Assembly: GCA_964653055.1 (NCBI GenBank) | Contig: CAZZCA010000006.1 | Span: forward strand, 2,427 to 66,426 | Direction of reading: 5' to 3' | Length of the DNA stretch: 64,000 bases | DNA from: an uncultured Desulfobulbia bacterium | Lineage (GTDB): Bacteria > Desulfobacterota > Desulfobulbia > Desulfobulbales > SURF-16 | In this document: in pieces, positions 56,880-64,000 of the stretch | Layout of the letters: each line of letters opens with the position of its first letter | Position numbering within the stretch: position 1 is the first letter of the stretch | Notes under the pieces: generated by a model | The model's database searches: none | What the model was told of the DNA's origin: nothing | What the model saw: only the letters and a program-made list of their open reading frames with translations | Made by a program: the position numbers and the translations under genes

Positions 56880-58792
56880 TGTTCCAGCACTGAGCGGATG
56901 GTGTCTGCCATCTTCTGCAGGCCCAGGGGTTTGGCGAGAAATGCCTTGAAGCCGTGATCCATGGCCTTGGTTTCGTCCCAGTCCTTGACATAGCCGGTGA
57001 GGAGGATGATGGGCATTTCCGGGCAGCATTCCATGATCCGGCCGGCCAGTTCCGAGCCGCTCATCACCGGCATGGCCATGTCGGTGATCACCAGGTCAAA
57101 ATCACCTGGTTCATCGATGATGAGCTCCAGGGCCTTGGTGGCCTCGGTACAACCAGTGGCCCGGTAGCCGAGGAAGGTGAGCATTTTAACCCCCATCTTG
57201 ACCAGGGCCTCTTCATCATCAACCAGCATAATGCGTTCCTGGTTGGGGGCTTTGGCCAGCATGGCCAGGGGGTCTGTTGCTTTGTCGTTGGATTTCTCTT
57301 CAACCAGCACCGGGAAGAAAAGGTGGAAGGATGAGCCTTTACCCTTATCGCTTTCCACCCTGATTCCCCCCTGGTGACGGTCCATGATCTCCTGGGTGAT
57401 GGAGAGGCCCATGCCGCTGCCGTGGCCTTTTTCTTTGCTGGTGAAATATGGCTCGAAGATGTGTTTAATCTCGTTATCGTCCATGCCCCGGCCGTTATCG
57501 GTGATGGTCAGGTGCTGGTAGCGGCCGGCCGGCAGCTCAGGTTTGACGGATTCAGGGGCCAGGTCTTCTTCGATCAAGCTGATCTGGAGACAGCCGTCAG
57601 CTGTTTCCATGGCCTCCACCCCGTTGGTGCAGATGTTCATGAAGGCCTGATGGATGCTGATGGGGTCGGCCATTACCTTGCTCAGAGCCTGGTCAAGCTG
57701 GAGCTGCAGTTCAATGGCCGGCGGCAGGGAGGCCCGGAGAAATTTCATCGCCTCTTTGACCAGATGACGGATCTCCAGGGGGTAACGCTTATGTTCGCTC
57801 TGGGGGCGAAAGGCGGTGATCTGGCTTACAAGGTCCCGGCCCCGGAGGGTGGCGGTGCGAATGGCGCTGAGATGGTCTCGGAGTTCGTGGTCCTTGCTTT
57901 TGATCAGGCCCAGGTCGGAGAAACCGAGGATGGCGGCCAGGATATTGTTAAAATCATGGGCAATACCACCGGCCAGGCTGGCAATAGCCTCAAGGTGCTG
58001 GCTGGCTTCCAGGCGCTCATTGACGGTCTGTTCACCTCGCTTTTGCTGACTATGGAGGGCGATCTGGCGGGTGAGCTGTCGATTGGCCTTGAGTAATTGC
58101 TCGGTTCGTTCCCTGATCTTTTTTTCGAGGTCAATATTGGCGCCCTGGAACTGGTCTTGTTTTTTGGTGAGAAGATGCTGCCAGGCAAAGGAACGCCGCT
58201 GGAGGGACTCAATACAATAGCAGCTGATCAGGCCGATGATATTGGCGGCGAGGACCAGAAAAGAACGGGTTATGAGTTCCAGACCGGTCAGGTTGCCGAT
58301 CTGGATAATGGAGGTGAGATAGATGGTGGTTATGATGAGGCCGCAGCCGGCGGCCCAGATGAGGCGAAGCTGGATAATGGAATAGCCGGCCATGAAAACA
58401 AGGAGCAGGCCGGTGTGATAATACTGCCTGACCGGAGCCGGACCACTTGCTGCCTCCATGATCAAAAGGCCGGCTGTGGCCAGCAGGAAGAGGGCCTCCA
58501 GGGGCTGGCCCAGGCGGGTAAAGGCCCTGGAATAACTGAGGCCATAAACCGAGAAAATGATCAGGGGAAAAAAGAGGAGCTTGAGGAGACAGGTCAGGGT
58601 GCTGGTAATGGGCAGCAGGTTGGGGTCGAGAAGGAGGACGGCAAAATAAAAAAGGCAACCTAAAAGCAGGGTTATTCTGACCTGGGTCAGGGAGTTTTGA
58701 AAATGATGCTGCTGAAACTGCGGTTCCAGGTCAGGATGGTTGAGGAAGGCTAGGGAAATGGGGTGGAGTTTGATCTTCCTGGATTGAGCCAT
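56858..58792 (-). CDS. Hybrid sensor histidine kinase (polytopic membrane N-domain, HisKA, HATPase, REC)
   Basis: 644 aa with ~6 predicted TM helices in the first 200 aa. H-box GGIAHDFNNILAAI, DNGRGM/GSGMGL, and a canonical REC (MLVDDEE...VITDMAMPVMSG...KPL). Confidence 0.85.
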   Translation of the reverse strand: MAQSRKIKLHPISLAFLNHPDLEPQFQQHHFQNSLTQVRITLLLGCLFYFAVLLLDPNLLPITSTLTCLLKLLFFPLIIFSVYGLSYSRAFTRLGQPLEALFLLATAGLLIMEAASGPAPVRQYYHTGLLLVFMAGYSIIQLRLIWAAGCGLIITTIYLTSIIQIGNLTGLELITRSFLVLAANIIGLISCYCIESLQRRSFAWQHLLTKKQDQFQGANIDLEKKIRERTEQLLKANRQLTRQIALHSQQKRGEQTVNERLEASQHLEAIASLAGGIAHDFNNILAAILGFSDLGLIKSKDHELRDHLSAIRTATLRGRDLVSQITAFRPQSEHKRYPLEIRHLVKEAMKFLRASLPPAIELQLQLDQALSKVMADPISIHQAFMNICTNGVEAMETADGCLQISLIEEDLAPESVKPELPAGRYQHLTITDNGRGMDDNEIKHIFEPYFTSKEKGHGSGMGLSITQEIMDRHQGGIRVESDKGKGSSFHLFFPVLVEEKSNDKATDPLAMLAKAPNQERIMLVDDEEALVKMGVKMLTFLGYRATGCTEATKALELIIDEPGDFDLVITDMAMPVMSGSELAGRIMECCPEMPIILLTGYVKDWDETKAMDHGFKAFLAKPLGLQKMADTIRSVLEQWQRTGP

Positions 58793-58941
58793 GATAAACC
58801 TTGCTGGTTTTTGTAACGCTTCATGAATTATTCGATGTCATAAATGGAGTAATTCAAGGCGTTTATGAGCAGTTTGTCTATGGTGTCTTATAATCATTAT
58901 CGAATAGGAAGCAATATTATGTCAACCGCCAATTTTTATCT

Positions 58942-59808
58942 TTATTGCTGGCAGTTTGGGCAGAAGAAGGTGGCCCGGCCACTGATAATGGTTTTGGTAA
59001 TGGGGTTCTGGCAGCGGTGGCATGGTTTGCCGGCCCGGCCGTAGACCTTGAGCTGTAGCTGGAAATAACCGGGTTTGCCGGAGCTGCTGATATAGTCGCG
59101 GATGGTGCTTCCCCCCTCTTTAATGGCTTGGCGGAGGATGTCCTGGCTGTCCTTGACGATTGTCGGCCATTTAGCCCTGGCAATGGAGCCGGCGGCAGTG
59201 GCGGGCAGGATCCCGGTGGCAAAGAGAATTTCATTGGCGTAGATATTGCCGATTCCGACAATAAAGCGGCTGTCCATCAGCAGGTTTTTGATGGGGGTAA
59301 GTTTTTGGGCGGCCTGCTGGTAGAGGTGGGGGGCGGTGAAGAGACGATGGGCATCTTTCATGGAGGGGAAGGGCCCTTTTTCAGTGGGCAGGGGTTCTGG
59401 TCCCAGGTGGACAAAAGGGTCATGCTCCTGGCATTGGGCTGGGGACATGACCTGGATACAGCCAAAGCGTCTGGTGTCGTTATAGCGCATTTCCGTACCA
59501 TTATTTAAGTGAAATACCAGGTGATTATGAACAGCGGCTGGTGATTTGGCCGGGAAGATACCCAGCTTACCGGTCATGCCAAGGTGGATGAGGATGACCG
59601 CTTGATTATTGCAGCTGACCACCAGGTATTTGGCCCGGCGGTTAATGGCGATTACTCTTTGGCCCTGGATGTGCTTAGCCAGCTGCTGGCGAGGGATGGG
59701 CAGGCGCAGGCTCTTGTTGTTGCTGCTGCTGATTTTGCTGATTTTCTGGTCAAGCAGATGGGGGATCAGGCCGCGGCGGCTTACTTCTACTTCCGGTAGT
59801 TCAGGCAT
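58942..59808 (-). CDS. mutM: Formamidopyrimidine-DNA glycosylase
   Basis: MPELPEVEVSRRGL N-terminus (catalytic Pro2), H2TH region, and a C-terminal zinc finger CHRCQNPI...FFCPNCQ. Confidence 0.93.
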   Translation of the reverse strand: MPELPEVEVSRRGLIPHLLDQKISKISSSNNKSLRLPIPRQQLAKHIQGQRVIAINRRAKYLVVSCNNQAVILIHLGMTGKLGIFPAKSPAAVHNHLVFHLNNGTEMRYNDTRRFGCIQVMSPAQCQEHDPFVHLGPEPLPTEKGPFPSMKDAHRLFTAPHLYQQAAQKLTPIKNLLMDSRFIVGIGNIYANEILFATGILPATAAGSIARAKWPTIVKDSQDILRQAIKEGGSTIRDYISSSGKPGYFQLQLKVYGRAGKPCHRCQNPITKTIISGRATFFCPNCQQ

Positions 59809-59912
59809 GGCTGGTTTTTTTACTTTATTCCTTGTATATTTTAACTTTTAGACTGAATGAATTTTCGAGCCCTAAGGGTTAACCGGATATGGAAAAAGAA
59901 TAAAGGAAAGAA

Positions 59913-61726
<1,814 letters not shown>

Positions 61727-61776
61727 AAAGTATTTTGAAGTAGTTTATATAAATTTTCAAATTCAGGAGTAAAACA

Positions 61777-62118
61777 ATGACCCCTACCTTAGCATACGCC
61801 GCTGATGCGGCTCAGTCCGCCCCCAGTCCTCTGGCCGGTTTGATTCCCATGGTTCTGATTTTTGTGGTTTTTTATTTTCTGCTCATTCGTCCCCAGCAGA
61901 AAAAGGCACGGGAGCAGCAGCAGTTTCTGGCTGAGTTGAAAAAGGGCGACGAAATTGTAACCACTGGCGGCATCCATGGTAAGATCACCGGCCTTACCGA
62001 TACAGTGGTTACCGTTGAAATTGCCGATAATCTGCGGGTCAAGGTTTCCCGCCAGTATATTCTCGGCAGTGTTGCCGGGGTATCCGCCGGCAAGGGTTCC
62101 TGTGGTTCCGGTGGTTGA
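61777..62118 (+). CDS. yajC: Preprotein translocase subunit YajC
   Basis: 113 aa. LIPMVLIFVVFYFLLIRPQQKKAREQQQFLAELKKGDEIVTTGGIHGKI is the canonical YajC core. Confidence 0.9.
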   Translation: MTPTLAYAADAAQSAPSPLAGLIPMVLIFVVFYFLLIRPQQKKAREQQQFLAELKKGDEIVTTGGIHGKITGLTDTVVTVEIADNLRVKVSRQYILGSVAGVSAGKGSCGSGG

Positions 62119-62158
62119 AAGATTGGTAGCTAAATCTGCCTGGAAGGCAGACAAGATA

Positions 62159-62197
62159 ACGGGGCAGCCGGTTCTGACCGGTTGCCGTTTATATTTT
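62159..62197 (+). terminator. Rho-independent terminator after yajC
   Basis: A 9-bp G/C-rich stem (ggcagccgg / ccggttgcc, one G-U) with loop ttctga, then gtttatatttt. It is preceded by a small hairpin tctgcc-tggaa-ggcaga at 62135-62151. Confidence 0.65.
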
Positions 62198-62219
62198 CCT
62201 GTAGTGGTATTGGACCTTT

Positions 62220-64000
62220 ATGCCTGCCAAAAGGGTTGAACACCTTATTGATGTAGAGCGAATTCCCACTCTGCCGTTAGTGGCCATGGAGGCCATTCGG
62301 CTGATGGAGGGTGAGGCTTCAACCTTTGATACCATTGGTGAGCTGATCAAGAATGATCAGGTTCTTACCGCCAAGATCCTCAAATATGCCAATTCGGCCC
62401 ATCTCGGGGCCCGCCGAACCATCTCCACCATTCCCCATGCCATTTCCACCGCCGGCCTTAATGCGGTGCGCAGCGTGGTTCTCTCTGTTGCGGTCTTTGA
62501 TACCTTTTCCGATGTATTTACTAATCACCGGCAGAGTCTGGTCAATTTCTGGCTTCATTCCGTCGGGGTAGCGGTGACGGCAGAGGTTCTGGCTGGGCGC
62601 ATGGGCTATCCGGCCCCGGAAGAGGCCTATGTCGGTGGCTTGATCCACGACCTGGGTAAGCTTGTCTGTTTCATGGAGTTTCCCGACGAATTTGCTGAGC
62701 TCTGCCGCCAATTGGCTAAACAGGGAAGCTTGGCCACCAAGGGACCCACGGCCCTTGATCTTGAACAGCATCTCCTGGGGCTCACCCATATCGATGCCGG
62801 TCGGGTCATTGGTGGTCAATACGGCTTTCCTGATTTTCTCCGCCGGGTAATGTGGCTGCATCATCAGCCGGTGGTGGAGCCGATTCAGCCGGTACGGGAC
62901 TCTCTGCCCCAATTGGTTCGCTTTGCCGATGTCCTCTGTGTCACCCATCATGTTGGTTACAGCTATTTCCTGGGAGCAGATACCACCTGCCATGAAAATT
63001 ACCATTATAGCCTGGAGAATCTGGCCCGGCTCCATCATTTTGAGGCGGAGGATATCCGGGAGATGATGGCCGAGGTTCATCAGCGGGTGGAGACAGTGAG
63101 TACTGTCCTGGGCTGTTGGGATGATCAGGCCTATTGGCGGCTGGTTGGTTCTGCCAATATTGCCCTGGGTGAGATGGGGCAGGAGGCGGAAAGGGAAAAC
63201 CAGGAGCTGACAGCCACCAATCGGGTATTAAATGAGGTCTGTCAGCTGCCGGCAAAGATTTACCCCGGTCAGACCCTTGTCGATGCTGTTCGGGCTGTTG
63301 CTGATTGTACATCTCGGGCCTTTGGGATTGATCGCTGTCTCTGCCTTCTTCTTGATGGTGAATCAGGGTCTTATGTGGGTTGTAGTCTTGATGGCGGTTC
63401 TTATCATAATTTTGAATTGCCGGTGGATTTCCATGACCGGGAAAATGATCACGAGGCAAGTTCCAGCCTGGAAAAGGAGGCGGTTAACCGTCTTGGTCAG
63501 GTTCGTCATGATCTTCTCCATGGGCGGACGGAAAATTCCAGGATGCTTAATATCATCACCGGATCCAGTTTTATGGCTACTTTTTTCACTGCCGGCGAGA
63601 GCAGCCGCTGGCGGCGGGAGGATGTACTGGGTGAACTGGTGGTTGATTTTGGCACTGGCCAGGGCCAGAACCGTTCCCGCCAGAGCCTGGCTCGGGATTT
63701 TGAGGTAATGGCTTCTGCAGCTGGGACGGCTCTTGAGCGCTTGTTGCTGGAAAAAGACCTGCTGGCTCAGAGCCGGGAGATGGCAGAGACCTCCCGCAAG
63801 ATGGAAGAGAGCCAGCACCAGATGTTTCAGTCCTATCGTCTGGCCACGGTGGGGCGGCTGGCAGCTGGGGCGGCCCATGAGATAAATAACCCGCTTACCA
63901 TTGTTTCCCTGAACCTCCAATTATTGAAGCGTTTACTGGGTGAGACGGCAGAGAATAAGGATGTCCAGGATCGGCTTAAGGTCTTGGCAGAGCAGGAGGG
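62220..64000 (+). CDS. HDOD domain - GAF-like - histidine kinase (partial; continues past the window end)
   Basis: This ORF is not in the supplied track because no stop is reached. My translation from the ATG at 62220 is open for 593 codons. HDOD blocks: IPTLPLVAMEAIRLM, LTAKILKYANSAHLG, GGLIHDLGKLV. H-box RLATVGRLAAGAAHEINNPLT near 63840-63900. The minus-strand ORFs listed in 62319-63920 are its shadows. Confidence 0.8.
   Translation, partial: MPAKRVEHLIDVERIPTLPLVAMEAIRLMEGEASTFDTIGELIKNDQVLTAKILKYANSAHLGARRTISTIPHAISTAGLNAVRSVVLSVAVFDTFSDVFTNHRQSLVNFWLHSVGVAVTAEVLAGRMGYPAPEEAYVGGLIHDLGKLVCFMEFPDEFAELCRQLAKQGSLATKGPTALDLEQHLLGLTHIDAGRVIGGQYGFPDFLRRVMWLHHQPVVEPIQPVRDSLPQLVRFADVLCVTHHVGYSYFLGADTTCHENYHYSLENLARLHHFEAEDIREMMAEVHQRVETVSTVLGCWDDQAYWRLVGSANIALGEMGQEAERENQELTATNRVLNEVCQLPAKIYPGQTLVDAVRAVADCTSRAFGIDRCLCLLLDGESGSYVGCSLDGGSYHNFELPVDFHDRENDHEASSSLEKEAVNRLGQVRHDLLHGRTENSRMLNIITGSSFMATFFTAGESSRWRREDVLGELVVDFGTGQGQNRSRQSLARDFEVMASAAGTALERLLLEKDLLAQSREMAETSRKMEESQHQMFQSYRLATVGRLAAGAAHEINNPLTIVSLNLQLLKRLLGETAENKDVQDRLKVLAEQE

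Overview
This is a 64-kb, gene-dense stretch of a bacterial chromosome. By protein content it looks like a Desulfobacterota (Desulfobulbales-like) anaerobe, but that taxon call is inference only. I support about 52 protein genes, and most are ordinary housekeeping: lgt, rpe, gpsA, gyrA, gyrB, dnaN, mtnA, nadB, hisS, aspS, guaB, guaA, glyQ, pgeF, rsmB, uvrA, secB, lepB, pyrB, pyrC, mutM, rph, tgt and yajC. I saw no rRNA, tRNA, CRISPR array, transposase, integrase or phage gene. One real gene is missing from the supplied ORF track because it runs off the 3' edge: an HDOD/GAF-like/histidine-kinase ORF starting at 62220 on the + strand. Nothing here is a clear new multi-gene system. The items most worth a second look are:

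1. An orphan cooT-cooJ-like nickel-chaperone pair (27891-28332) with no CODH, cooC or hydrogenase genes nearby.
2. A pilMNOP cluster in which the AMIN+N0 half of PilQ is a separate protein fused to TPR repeats, followed by an MshL-like lipoprotein secretin (45545-51556).
3. A three-gene envelope operon (8771-11857) with two FlgO/TolB-N-like proteins and a single-pass protein that has a very acidic cytoplasmic tail and periplasmic Ig/PKD modules. A G9/C9 homopolymer abuts a -10-like hexamer upstream.
4. A bacterial EHD-like dynamin-family NTPase (3160-4506).
5. A short intergenic sequence family: a 19-nt identical core plus a matching distal arm in the gyrB-gyrA spacer and upstream of hisS, with a degenerate third copy after guaA.
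6. A pronounced AT-rich trough centred on the 304-bp region upstream of dnaN (no dnaA, no recF), which may be origin-proximal.

All calls come from reading the translations and the DNA by eye. No searches were run.
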